From the NCBI GenBank assembly GCA_963704725.1, contig OY969934.1, forward strand, positions 2,720,001 to 2,784,000: DNA of 64,000 nt, read 5' to 3'. Origin of the DNA: an uncultured Actinomycetes bacterium (lineage in GTDB: Bacteria; Actinomycetota; UBA4738; HRBIN12). Positions 8,772 through 19,200 of this stretch are shown here, one piece after another (position 1 is the first letter of the stretch; the number at the start of each line of letters is the position of its first letter). A program made the translations under genes and the position numbers. A model generated the notes under the pieces. It did no database searches, was not told where the DNA came from, and saw only the letters and a list, made by a program, of their open reading frames with translations.

Positions 8772-10726
8772 GGCGGGCCGTCGTCGTCTCGGTCGTGGCG
8801 CTCGCCCTGGTGGGCGCCTGGACCGCCTCCGCGGTCCGCGCCGGTGCGCACGCCGCCCTGAAGCGGAGCGAGCCGGCCAACGGCCAGCTGCTCGACCGTT
8901 CGCCCGCGGAGATCCGGCTCTCCTTCACCGAACCGCCCGACCTCTCGCTCACGACGATCGGAGTCGTGGACCGCACCGGAACGGCGGTACGGACCGGGCC
9001 GGTGGAGGTCGCCGGCGGCGACGACCAGACGATCCGGGTTGCGCTGCAAGACCTACCGGACGGCGTCTACACCGTGTCGTGGCGGACCGTCTCGGCGACC
9101 GACGGGCACCTCACCTCGGGGTCCTTCTCGTTCGGGGTGGGCGTCTCCGCGGCCGACGTGACGCCGGTCCGGCAGGAGGATCGAGCGCGAGCGACCTCGC
9201 CCACCGCCGCCGGGGTGGCCGGGCGATGGGCACTGTACGCGGGCCTGGCGGTCCTGTTCGGCGCGGCCGCGGGGGGGCTGTTCGCGTTCGGCCCGCTGAG
9301 CGTGCACCGACCGCGGCTCCTCGGTGGGGCGTGGACGCTCGCCGCGGCCGGCGTGGTCGTCACGACGCTGGACGAGCGCGCCACGGTCGGCGTGTCGCTC
9401 GGCACGCTGCTCCGATCGGATGCGGGGGCGTCGCTCGCCCGGCTCGCGGTCGCCGTGGCCCTCGTCGGCCTCGTCGCCCTGGCGGCGAGCCTGCGACCGG
9501 GGACCGCCACCCTCGTGCTCCTCGCCGGGACCACGGCCGCCGCCATGGCCGTCCGGGCGTTCGCCGGCCATGCCGGGCCGTCCGTGCTGGAAGGCACGCT
9601 TCAGGCGGCGCACTTTGCCGCCGTGGGGGCGTGGATCGGGGGGCTCGTCTGGCTGGTGCTCGCCGTGCGGCGAGGGGCGGAGCCGGAGCGGGTGCGACGG
9701 TACTCGACGATCGCCGCGACCGGCCTCGCCGTCATCGTGGTCACGGGGTACCTGCGAGCCACCAACGAGCTCGGGGGGTTCGGTTGGTGGCTGCGTGCGT
9801 TCGACAACAGCTACGGCGTGGCGCTGGTCGTCAAGCTCGCCATCGTCGCCGCGCTCGTCTCGCTCGGCGCGGTCAACCGGTACCGGAACGTGCGCCGCTA
9901 CGAGGCGCTCGGGGCTCGTCCTCTGCTCCGCACGGTGAGCGGCGAGCTCGTCCTGGCCGCCGGAGCGCTCGCCATGACCGGCCTGTTGACAGGGCTCGCC
10001 CCCCAGGGTGTGGTGGCATCGGCGGGCCCCCGTCCCCCCGCACCGCTCGTCGTCACGGGATCGGACTTCGCCACGACCACGAAGGTGCGCCTGCAGATCT
10101 CGCCCGGAACCGTCGGCCCGAACGCATTCGAGGCGAGGGTCACCGACTACGACACGGGCGAGCCGGTGGACGCCCGAAAGGTCACGCTGCAGTTCTCGCT
10201 CCCAGAGCGCCCCGAGGTCGACTCGACGCTCGAGCTCGAGCGCGGGACGAACGGGACGTGGCGGGCCGGGGGGACGTCGCTGTCGCTCGACGGCACCTGG
10301 GACGTCCGCGTCCTCGTGGAGGGCTCGGCCGGCTCGGTCGAGGTGCCCCTTCGCGTGACGCCGAAGTCCCCGCGGCAGGACATCGACGTGTCGCGGGCCG
10401 AGGGGCAGCCCGACATCTACACGATCCATCTGGAGGACGGCGTGACCGTGCAGGCGTACGTGGACCCCGGGACGCCCGGGCAGACGAACCAGGTGCATCT
10501 GACCGCCTTCGACGCGGGCGGCGCCGAGCTGCCCCTGCACCATGCCGTCCTGGACATCACCCCGGAGGACGGTCAACTCCTCGAGCCCGAGCTGATCCGG
10601 CTCTCGTCGGGACACTTCGTGGCCAACGTCGAGATCGCGTCAGGGACCTCGACGTTCGCGATCTCCATGCTGACCAGGGACGGTCGCGATCTCGCGGCGT
10701 CGTTCCAGGAGACCTTCGCAGGATGA
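8768..10726 (+). CDS. Copper transport protein, CopC-CopD fusion (YcnJ-like) with extra C-terminal beta domains
   Basis: AGA|[10 protein letters not shown]-terminal His, W..VSATDGH..SG (CopC); AGHA, H..AV..W.GGL, YG..L..KL (CopD); two YtkA/FixH-like domains. Confidence 0.88.
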   Translation: MRRAVVVSVVALALVGAWTASAVRAGAHAALKRSEPANGQLLDRSPAEIRLSFTEPPDLSLTTIGVVDRTGTAVRTGPVEVAGGDDQTIRVALQDLPDGVYTVSWRTVSATDGHLTSGSFSFGVGVSAADVTPVRQEDRARATSPTAAGVAGRWALYAGLAVLFGAAAGGLFAFGPLSVHRPRLLGGAWTLAAAGVVVTTLDERATVGVSLGTLLRSDAGASLARLAVAVALVGLVALAASLRPGTATLVLLAGTTAAAMAVRAFAGHAGPSVLEGTLQAAHFAAVGAWIGGLVWLVLAVRRGAEPERVRRYSTIAATGLAVIVVTGYLRATNELGGFGWWLRAFDNSYGVALVVKLAIVAALVSLGAVNRYRNVRRYEALGARPLLRTVSGELVLAAGALAMTGLLTGLAPQGVVASAGPRPPAPLVVTGSDFATTTKVRLQISPGTVGPNAFEARVTDYDTGEPVDARKVTLQFSLPERPEVDSTLELERGTNGTWRAGGTSLSLDGTWDVRVLVEGSAGSVEVPLRVTPKSPRQDIDVSRAEGQPDIYTIHLEDGVTVQAYVDPGTPGQTNQVHLTAFDAGGAELPLHHAVLDITPEDGQLLEPELIRLSSGHFVANVEIASGTSTFAISMLTRDGRDLAASFQETFAG

Positions 10727-11166
10727 AAGGAGCGATCGTGACGCGAACCCACACCGTGGCCCTGTCGATCGTCGCGGCGGTGACCCTGGCGGCCTGCGGG
10801 GGGAACGGGTCCGGCGACGCCGCGTCGCCGAGCTCGGGAACGTCCTCCCGTCCGAGCAGCCCCGCCCGGCTCTCGATCGAGGCGCCGAAGGCCGGCCACG
10901 TCGTGCACGGCTCGACCGTCCAGCTGCGCGTCGATCTGGAGGGCGCCCGCCTCGTCCCCGCCACCACGACCGACATCGTGCCCGACGAGGGGCACCTCCA
11001 CGTCATCCTGGACGACTCCCTGATCTCGATGACCGAGGGCCTGCACCAGTCGATCCCCAACCTCTCGCCGGGGATGCACCGGTTGACGGTCGAGTTCGTG
11101 GCCAGCGACCATGCCCCGTTCGACCCGAGGGTGGTCGCCGTGACCGAGTTCGAGGTGCAGCCGTGA
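10723..11166 (+). CDS. Lipoprotein with His-motif domain, paralog of 8223-8771
   Basis: Lipobox LAAC; GHLHVILDD, HRLTVEFVASDHAPF; start ATG 10723 or GTG 10738. Confidence 0.75.
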   Translation: MKGAIVTRTHTVALSIVAAVTLAACGGNGSGDAASPSSGTSSRPSSPARLSIEAPKAGHVVHGSTVQLRVDLEGARLVPATTTDIVPDEGHLHVILDDSLISMTEGLHQSIPNLSPGMHRLTVEFVASDHAPFDPRVVAVTEFEVQP

Positions 11167-11729
11167 GCGCCCGCGTCGGCGGCACCTCGCCGAACCCCGC
11201 CGTCGCGGCCCCGGCCGTCGTGCTGGCCGGGGCGGCGATCCTGCTCGCCCGGCCGTTCGTCGACGCGGCGCCCGGAGGCCGAACGGCGTTGTTCGCCACG
11301 GCGTACCTGGTGATCGGCGTGGCCGCCGTGTCCCTCCCCGGCCGGACGGCGATCGCCCCGGTCCTTCCGTGGGCGCCGGCCCTCGCGCTCGGCGTCCTCG
11401 CGGTGGCCGTCGTCGGCACGCTCGGCCCCCCCGTCCCGGTTCCGTGGGGACCGGCCGCCCTGCCCCTCGCGGGCCTGGCCGGGGTGGCGGAGGAGGCGCT
11501 GTTCCGGCGCGCGGCGTACGGATGGCTCGAGCGCTTCGGCGCCCCGGTCGCCGTGGTCGGATCGGCGGCCCTGTTCGCCGCCGTCCACATCCCCGCCTAT
11601 GGCCTGACCGTCCTTCCGGTCGACCTCGGGGCGGGGCTGCTGCTCTCGTGGCAGCGGTGGGCGTCGGGGAGCTGGACGGCTCCCGCGGCCACCCACGTCG
11701 TGGCGAACGCCCTGGCGGTGCTTCGATGA
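11163..11729 (+). CDS. CPBP (CAAX/Abi family) intramembrane protease
   Basis: EEALFR, FAAVH, H...N motifs; GTGA overlap. Confidence 0.85.
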   Translation: MSARVGGTSPNPAVAAPAVVLAGAAILLARPFVDAAPGGRTALFATAYLVIGVAAVSLPGRTAIAPVLPWAPALALGVLAVAVVGTLGPPVPVPWGPAALPLAGLAGVAEEALFRRAAYGWLERFGAPVAVVGSAALFAAVHIPAYGLTVLPVDLGAGLLLSWQRWASGSWTAPAATHVVANALAVLR

Positions 11730-12976
11730 GGCGGGCCGCGCAGCTGCTGCTGGCCGTGAGCCTCCTCGCCGGGGCCTCCTGCTCGATCGGGAACGAGGAG
11801 CCGCCGATCCGCATCGGAGCCGTCTATCCGCTGTCGGGGTCGCAGGGCCCGGGAGGCGTCGACGAGTTCCGCGGCGTGCAGCTCGCCGCCCAGCTCGTGA
11901 ACCACGACGGCGGCATGAACGGGCGGTCGGTGCGGCTGGTCCCGATCGACGTGCCGGGGGCCGATGCCGTTCCCGGTGCGATCGCCCGTCTGGATGCCGA
12001 GGGCGTCGACCTCGTCCTGGGGAGCTACGGCAGCACGATCTCGGCTCCCGCGGCACGGGCGGCAGCCCGGCGAGGGATGCTGTTCTGGGAGTCCGGCGCG
12101 GTCGGCGAGATGTCGGGTGAGGGCGCCGGCTCGCTGGTGTTCCGCGTGGCGCCGAACGGCACCGTGCTCGGCCGCAACGCGATCGACTTCGTCGCGGATC
12201 GCTACGCGCCGGTTCTCGGGGTGGATCCCGCGCGCCTCCGATACGCCGTCACCCTCGTGGACGACGCCTACGGCCACGGCGTGGCACAGGGGGCTCTGGA
12301 CGAGATCGCCGCCCGCGGGTTCACGCTCGCGACCACCCTGGCCTACGACCCCAACCACGTGAACATGGCGAGGCTCGTCCGCCGGCTCGCCGCGAGCCAC
12401 CCCGACGTCCTGTTCGTGTCCGGGTACGTCGCGGACTCGGTGGCGATGCGCCGCGAGACCGTGGCCCAGGGTCTTCACCTTCTCGCCGGCATCGGGACGT
12501 CCTCCAGCTACTGCATGCCGAGGTTCGGCGCCCGGCTCGGCGACCAGGCCGTGGGGCTGTTCGCGTCGGACAAGCCGGACGCCGACGTCCTGGACCCCGG
12601 TGCCCTCACCGCGCCGGGGCGGGCGCTGTTCGAGCGGGCGGAGGCGGCCTACGAGGAGCGGTTCGGCGATCACATGAGCGAGGCGGCGCTGGCGGGGTTC
12701 TCCGCCGCGTGGGCCCTGCTCGGCGAGGTCCTGCCCGCGGCCGAGCGGATCACGCCGGCGGCCGTCGCCTCGGCGGCCAACGCGATCCGGCTCCCTCCGG
12801 GCTCGCTGCCCAACGGGAGTGGCCTCGAGTTCGGCGAGCCGGGATCGGCGACGGCGGGGGCCAACCTGCTGGCGCTCGGCGTGATCGAGCAGTGGACCGC
12901 GCCGAACGAACGCGCGGTGGTCTGGCCGGCCGGGTACGCGACCGCCCCGCTCGAGCGGATCGACCCGTTGCCGTGA
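11726..12976 (+). CDS. ABC-type solute-binding lipoprotein, LivK/type I PBP family
   Basis: Lipobox-like AGASC; IRIGAVYPLSG, N..GG.NGR, LGSYGS, DDAYG. Confidence 0.85.
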   Translation: MRRAAQLLLAVSLLAGASCSIGNEEPPIRIGAVYPLSGSQGPGGVDEFRGVQLAAQLVNHDGGMNGRSVRLVPIDVPGADAVPGAIARLDAEGVDLVLGSYGSTISAPAARAAARRGMLFWESGAVGEMSGEGAGSLVFRVAPNGTVLGRNAIDFVADRYAPVLGVDPARLRYAVTLVDDAYGHGVAQGALDEIAARGFTLATTLAYDPNHVNMARLVRRLAASHPDVLFVSGYVADSVAMRRETVAQGLHLLAGIGTSSSYCMPRFGARLGDQAVGLFASDKPDADVLDPGALTAPGRALFERAEAAYEERFGDHMSEAALAGFSAAWALLGEVLPAAERITPAAVASAANAIRLPPGSLPNGSGLEFGEPGSATAGANLLALGVIEQWTAPNERAVVWPAGYATAPLERIDPLP

Positions 12977-13734
12977 GGAGTCGTCGGACCGCAGCCCTCG
13001 CCGCCGGGATCGTCGTGGCCGCCCTCTACGCCGGCTCGGCCGTGTTCTCGGGGCACCTCAGCCCGTCGGCCCGGCGGCCCCTCCTGGACGGCCTCGCGCC
13101 CCCCACCCCGTACCGCTGGGTGGAGCCGCCCCCAGAGCTCGAGAGCACGAACCTCGAGCCGTCCTCGGGGACGTTCCGCGTCGCGCTCGGCGCCGCGGGA
13201 AGCCGCACCGCCGTGTTCACCACCGACGACGCGCAGGTGTCGCTGATCCTGCCGAGGGGCGCGTTCGACGTCGCCCCGGCCCAGGACGCCGTGGAGGTCA
13301 CCGTCGAGCCGGTCGGCCCCTCCACGGTTGGGGCACCGGAGGAGCCCGACCGCATCGCGGGCAACGTCTACCGGCTCGGCGCGACGTACCGGCCGTCCGG
13401 CGATCCCGCGCCGCTCGCGATCGACGCCCGGGTGGTCCTCGTCTATCCCCTCCTCGCCGGCGACCACGGCGGGCACGAGCTCCTCGTCTCGGCCAACGGG
13501 AGGAGGTGGCGGGCCCTCGACACGAACGACCTCCCCAGCGTCCAGCAGGCGGACGCGGCGGTATCCCAGCTCGGCTACGTCGCCGCCGCCTCGACGAACC
13601 GGTCCGCGACCGTCTCGCCCTCAGGCGGCGCGGAGCAGGGGGGTTCGACGGCGGCGACCGTCGTGATCGTCGCCGCGCTCATCGTGCTGGTGGTGGGGGC
13701 CGCCGCTGCGCTGCGACCGTGGCGCCTGCGCTAG
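12973..13734 (+). CDS. Hypothetical exported protein with C-terminal TM anchor
   Basis: GTGA overlap; N-terminal hydrophobic segment, PLLDG…PYRWV.PP, GNVY, C-terminal TM plus RPWRLR. Confidence 0.7.
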   Translation: MRSRRTAALAAGIVVAALYAGSAVFSGHLSPSARRPLLDGLAPPTPYRWVEPPPELESTNLEPSSGTFRVALGAAGSRTAVFTTDDAQVSLILPRGAFDVAPAQDAVEVTVEPVGPSTVGAPEEPDRIAGNVYRLGATYRPSGDPAPLAIDARVVLVYPLLAGDHGGHELLVSANGRRWRALDTNDLPSVQQADAAVSQLGYVAAASTNRSATVSPSGGAEQGGSTAATVVIVAALIVLVVGAAAALRPWRLR

Positions 13735-14891
13735 CAGACCTGCTGGAGCAGCGGCCAGGGGTTCACGGCGGTCCCGATCACCGTGTAGCCGTACGGGCTC
13801 ACCTGCCAGTTGCTCGGGATGACGCTCGGATGCCACTCGAAGTGGTCGTGTGGCGTGCTGGTGTCGCCGGTGGCCCCCACGTAGCCGATCACGGTGCCGG
13901 CGGTGACCGGGCCCGTGATCCCCGGCTGCATCATGTGGGCGTTGTAGACGTAGGACCCGTCGGGCGCCGTCACGTATTCGGCGTAGCCGCCGAGGGTGTT
14001 CGTCGAGGTGTGGGCATACCCGTCGAACGGAGCGAAGATCTTGGTCCCCTGCGGCGCGATGATGTCGTTGCCGGCGTGGGGGTGGTATCCGCCCGCGTAG
14101 CGGGGGGCCCCGAACCCGTCGTAGACCGCGTGCGGCTGGTCCACGGGGCAGATCTGCAGGATGGCGTCCGGGAAGAACCGCAGGTTCGCCAGGGCGGCCA
14201 GCTCCGCCTTGTACTTCTTCGTGAGCTTCTGCACCAGCTCCTCGGCCCGGGCCTTGTCCGCGTTGAGATGGTCGAAGACCCCCTGGGCATCGGAGAGTTT
14301 GGCGTCGAGGGCGGCCTTCTGCGCCTGGACCTCCTGGAGCGCCTTCGCCGCCTTCTCCTGGAGCTTCGCCTCGTCGTCCTGCTTGGCCGAGAGCTCGTTC
14401 TTCAGGTTCTGGACGTCGTTGGCCAGATCGGCGTCCTCCCCGTTCAGCGCGTTCACGTACTCCATGCGGGCGGACAGGTCGGCGAGCGAGGTCGCGCCGA
14501 GGAGGAACTCGATGGAGCTTCCCGGGCCGGTGATGTAGGCCTCGCGGGCTCGGGACTCGAGCTTGTCCTGGAGCCCCTGGTACGTGGCCTGGGCGTCATG
14601 GAGCTGGTTGGTCGTGGTCCGCAGCTCCTCGGTGATCTGCTCCCAGCGACCCTGTGCGATGTCCATGCGGTTGGCGATCACTGCCGCCTGGAGCTGGAGG
14701 CGACCCAGGACGCGCTGCTGCGCAATGATCTCGTGGCGCAGCTGCTCGAACTCGGCCTCGGCCCGGTCGAGCTGCTGCTTCGTCGTCTCGGCGCCGGCGA
14801 CCTGAGCCACCGAGGCCAGCAGGACCAATGCCGCGAGCGCGCCGAGGGTGCGGCGGGCCAAGCTTCGGGCGCTCGATCGGTTTTCGGCCAT
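13731..14891 (-). CDS. Coiled-coil + M23 peptidoglycan endopeptidase
   Basis: Signal peptide, long coiled coil, HAGND (HxxxD) and HDH (HxH) zinc motifs, GYVGATG. Confidence 0.88.
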   Translation of the reverse strand: MAENRSSARSLARRTLGALAALVLLASVAQVAGAETTKQQLDRAEAEFEQLRHEIIAQQRVLGRLQLQAAVIANRMDIAQGRWEQITEELRTTTNQLHDAQATYQGLQDKLESRAREAYITGPGSSIEFLLGATSLADLSARMEYVNALNGEDADLANDVQNLKNELSAKQDDEAKLQEKAAKALQEVQAQKAALDAKLSDAQGVFDHLNADKARAEELVQKLTKKYKAELAALANLRFFPDAILQICPVDQPHAVYDGFGAPRYAGGYHPHAGNDIIAPQGTKIFAPFDGYAHTSTNTLGGYAEYVTAPDGSYVYNAHMMQPGITGPVTAGTVIGYVGATGDTSTPHDHFEWHPSVIPSNWQVSPYGYTVIGTAVNPWPLLQQVC

Positions 14892-14904
14892 GGGAAGGGC
14901 CCCT

Positions 14905-14934
14905 TGCTTACCGGACCCCGGACGGGGGTGTCAA
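14905..14934 (-). promoter_or_regulatory. Putative sigma-A promoter of the M23 peptidase
   Basis: TTGACA (14934-14929), 18-nt spacer, TAAGCA (14910-14905) on the minus strand. Confidence 0.45.
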
Positions 14935-15035
14935 CCACCGGCCGGGACGAGGGTGGCGCCTGGCAACCCCCGATGCAATCACCCTCGGCGGTCTCGTCGC
15001 CGGGCTTGAGGGCCCCCCGGAGTCGGGTCCCGTGC

Positions 15036-16193
15036 CTACAGGTCGGTGCCGGGCAGCCCCAGGGACCGGGCGATGAGCACGCGCTGGATCTCGTTCGTGC
15101 CCTCCCCGATCTCCAGGACCTTGGCGTCCCGGTAGAACCGGGCCACGGGGAACTCCTCCGTGTAGCCGTAGCCACCGTGCACCTGGACCGCGTCGCGGGC
15201 ACACGTCGTGGCGATCTCGCTGGCGTAGAGCTTGGCGATCGAGGCCTCCGTCGCGTACGGCCGGCCCGTGTCCCGGAGCCACGCCGCCCGCTGATAGGCC
15301 AGCCTGGCCAGCTCCACGGCCACCTTCATGTCGGCGATCTTGAACTGCAGCCCCTCGAACGCGCCGATCGGCCGGCCGAAGGCCTCGCGCTCGCCGGCGT
15401 ACCGCACGCTCTCCTCGAGGCATCCCCGGGCCAGCCCAACCGAGAGCGCGGCGATGGCGATCCGTCCGTCGGCCAGCGTCTCCAGGAACTGCGCGAACCC
15501 GCGCCCGCGCTCGCCGAGGAGATGGTCGGCGGGCACCCGGCACCCGTCGAAGGCCACCTCGTGCGTGTCGCTCGCCCGCCAGCCGACCTTGCGATAGGCG
15601 GCGCCCACGGTCATGCCGGGCGTCCCGGCCGGGACCAGCACGGTGGAGACCGGGCCGCCCTCGGTGCCCGGGTCGCGAGCCGCGACGAGCACCACCGACG
15701 TGATCGGCGTCCCCGAGTTGGTGATGAACGCCTTCGAGCCGTCGATCACCCACTCGTCCCCATCCAGACGTGCCGTCGTGCGCACCGCGCCGGCGTCGGA
15801 CCCGCCGCCCGGCTCGGTCAGGGCGAACGCGCCGATCGCCTCGCCCCGCGCCATCGGCTCCAGCCACCGGAGCCGCTGCTCCTGCGTGCCGAACCGGTAG
15901 ACGGGGTTCGCCGCCAGCCCCACGGCGGCCTCGAGCGTGATGGCCACGGACGAGTCCCATCGCGCGATCTCCTCGATGCAGAGGCAGAACGTGAGCAGAT
16001 CCCCGCCCTGGCCTCCGTACTCCTCGGGGAAGGGGATGCCGAAGAACCCGAGCTCCGCCATGCGCTTAACGATCTCGAGGGGGAATTCCTCGCGCTCGTC
16101 GTAACCGGCGGCAGCCGGCGCCACGACCTCCTGGGCGAACTCCCGGACGAGCTGCTGGAAGGCCCGTTGCTCCTCGGTGAGCTCGAAATCCAC
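15036..16193 (-). CDS. Acyl-CoA dehydrogenase
   Basis: FALTEPGGGSDA, GSKAFITNSG, VQVHGGYGY, IGEGTNEIQ. Confidence 0.95.
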   Translation of the reverse strand: MDFELTEEQRAFQQLVREFAQEVVAPAAAGYDEREEFPLEIVKRMAELGFFGIPFPEEYGGQGGDLLTFCLCIEEIARWDSSVAITLEAAVGLAANPVYRFGTQEQRLRWLEPMARGEAIGAFALTEPGGGSDAGAVRTTARLDGDEWVIDGSKAFITNSGTPITSVVLVAARDPGTEGGPVSTVLVPAGTPGMTVGAAYRKVGWRASDTHEVAFDGCRVPADHLLGERGRGFAQFLETLADGRIAIAALSVGLARGCLEESVRYAGEREAFGRPIGAFEGLQFKIADMKVAVELARLAYQRAAWLRDTGRPYATEASIAKLYASEIATTCARDAVQVHGGYGYTEEFPVARFYRDAKVLEIGEGTNEIQRVLIARSLGLPGTDL

Positions 16194-16202
16194 GGGCGCA
16201 GA

Positions 16203-19200
16203 CTAGCCGCTCGCCGGAGCCGGGCCGAGCTCGGCCCCGGCCAGCAGCGCGGGTCGTCGCAGGGCCAGCTCGTAGTGGGTCCGCTCCAGGAGCGACCGCG
16301 CCGCCTCGAGCGCCTCGGCGCCGCCGACCTCCTGCGGTCCGAAGAGGCTGCCGACCAACCACACGACCGCCGCCTCGTCCTTGGGCTGCGCGAGCTCCCC
16401 CGGCTCCCGCAGGAGCCGCCGGGCGCGCTCGAGCGCCTCCTCGCGATCGCCCTCGGCCAGGAACAGCTCCATCTCGGAGTCGAGCAGCCGGCTGCCCGGG
16501 GCGCCGTCGACGCTCGACAGACCCGCCGCCTCCGCCAGGACGCCCCGCGCCCGCCCGGTCTCGCCGGCCGCGACGAGCGCCTTGGCCAGCGAGGTCGCCG
16601 TGAACACCGTGAGGCTGCGCTCCTTGAGCTCCTGGCACAGCCGGTACGCCTCGCGAAGGTCCCGCACCGCCTCGGTCGTTCTGCCGGACACCCGGTGCAG
16701 GTTGCCCCGGCCGGTCAGCGTGCTCGCCAGCTCCCATCGTGCCCCGAGCTGGCGGAACCCCTCGACGGCCGCGTCCGCGTGCGCCAAGGCCTCGTCGAAG
16801 CGGCCCAATCGCCGGAGCGAGCCGCCGACGCTCTCCCTGGCCGTGGCGATCGAGAACCGGTCCCCGGTGCTCTCGGCGATGACCAGGCCCTCGGAGGCGA
16901 GCGCCAGGCTCCGCTCCTCGTCGCCGGTCTCCGTCTCGATCGTGGCCAGGTTGGCCAGGGCGCGGGCCTCCGCCCATCCGTCGCCCTCGGGGTTGGCCCG
17001 CGCCACCTCGAGCGCCTCACGGAACATCGCGCCGGCCCCGTCCATGTCGCCGAACCAGTAGGGACCCCAGCCGGACACGACGAGCGTCCGGGCCAGTGTC
17101 CAGGGGTCCCCCAGCTCCCGGGCCGCCTCGAGCGCCGTCTCGAACAGCTCCGCGCCGCGCTCTCGGTTGCCGTGGACGGAGATCTCGATGTCTCCGAGGA
17201 AACGGGAGGCCTGCGCGCGGATGGCCGGGTCCTGCGGCGCGAGGTCGAGCGCGCGCCCCAGCGCGGCGGCGGCCCGCTCGAACTCCCCCTGCCAGTACCG
17301 GGCCTCGCCCAGGTGCGACAGGATCTCCGCCTCGCGGAACCCCCAGGTCCGCTCGGGTCCGCTCATGACCAGCGCCCGGGCGTAGAGGTCGGCGCCCGCC
17401 CGCGTGTCGGACGCGTCGAGCGCGAGATGCCCGGCGTGGGCGAGGGCCTGCACGGCGCGCTCGGCGAGCTCGCGATCGCCGGGGTTGAGGTCGAGGGAAG
17501 CGCGGGCCGCGCGCTCGAGGTGGTAGGCGATCGAGCGCGGGTACCGCGCCGCCGTCTCGGGGTCGGCCGAGAGCCCGTCGGCGATCCTCAGATGCAGCCG
17601 CTGCCGCTCGCGCTTGGGGAGGCTCTCGTAAGCCACGTCGCGCACGAGCCCGTGGCGGAACCGCCACACGCCGGGGCGCTCGGTGTCGCGCACCAGCAGC
17701 TCCTCGCTCTCGAGCAGCTCGAGCACCTTCTCGTCCGGCTCGGCGACGAGCGCGAGCTCCGACAGATCGAACGTGGAGCGCGCGAACACCGACGCCGTGC
17801 GGGCCAGATCCCGGGCGGGCTGGGCCAGGTGGTCGATCCGCGAGGCGATCACCGCCTGGACGGTGGGCGGCAGCAGTCCCTCGGGGAGCGAGTCCGTGTC
17901 CGAGGGCAGGTGGTGCTCCGCGTGCCGGAGCATGCCGGTGGTCTCCACGATGAAGAACGGGTTGCCGCCGGCGTGGCGGGCCACCCGCTCCGCCGTGGCC
18001 ACGTCGATGTGCTCGCCGGCCTCCTGCGCCAGCTGGGTGGCGTCGTCGAACGACATCGGCTCCAGGTACAGGTTCAGCGAGTCGCCGAGCCCGCCGCCCC
18101 ACTCCGGACGCTCGTCCAGCAGGTCGTAGCGGGCGATGCACAGGACCAGCAAGGGGATCCGCTTGGCCTCGCGCACCACCTGCTCGATGAGGTCGAGCAT
18201 CGAGGGCTGCGCCTGGTGCGCGTCCTCGAACACGAGGACGACGGGCGAGGCGGCGGCGAGCCCGGACAGCAGCGCGAGCAGGCCGGCCCGGATCTCGGCG
18301 ACCGGGTAGCGGTGCTCCTGCCCCCGCGTCTCCTCCTCGCCGATCCCGAGCGCCAGCGCGAGCCGGGCGACCACCGGATGGATCTCGTCGGCGGGACAGC
18401 AGCTCGCGGCGAGCTCCTCCAGGCGAGCCAACAGACGCGCCGGGCTCGAGTCCGCCCGCTCCCCCAGCTCCTGCAGCAGCATCTGCGCGAGCGGCGCGAA
18501 CGTGACGTCCTCCTCGTAGGGGCTGGCCGTGCCGAGCAGCACCTTGACCTCGTCGGGCAGCCCGGCGACGAACTCCTCGGCCACCCGGCTCTTGCCGATC
18601 CCGGGCTCGCCGAACAACGAGACCAGGTGCCCGCGGCGCGTCTCGACGACCCCCTCGAACGTGTCGTGGATCAGACGGAGCTCGCGCTTGCGATCGACGA
18701 TGGGGATGGTCCGGCGGGTGCTACCGGGGGCGAGGGCCACCACCGGCCATCCTCGGGCGCCGTCGTCGAACCCCTTGGCCGAGATCTCGCGCGCCGGCGC
18801 GTACTCGACCTGTGTCCGGGTGAGCAGCCAGGTCTGCTCGGACACCTGTACCGTCCCGGGGTCCGCCGCCTGCTGCAGCCGCGCCGCGAAGTTGACCGTG
18901 GCGCCGAACAACAGGCCCTGCTCCGAGGACTCGGTGCCGATCGCGACCGGCCCGGTGTTGATCCCGACGCGCGCCCGAAGCGGGACGGGGAGGCCGTGGC
19001 TCTGGCCGATCCGCCCGATCCGCTCGATGAGGGCGAGGCCCGCCCGGACCGCGCGGAGCGCGTCGTCGTCGTGCACCTTGGGGATGCCGAACACGCCGAC
19101 CACGGCGTCCCCGGCGAAGTTGTAGGCGCGGCCCCGGAGCGACTCCAGCTCCTCGGAGACCGTCCGGTAGTACGACGCGATGACCTCGCGGAACCGCTCG

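Noticed and set aside
14892-15035. Possible c-di-AMP (ydaO) riboswitch upstream of the M23 peptidase
   Set aside because: Conserved ydaO segments not found; a promoter-like element lies close to the start codon
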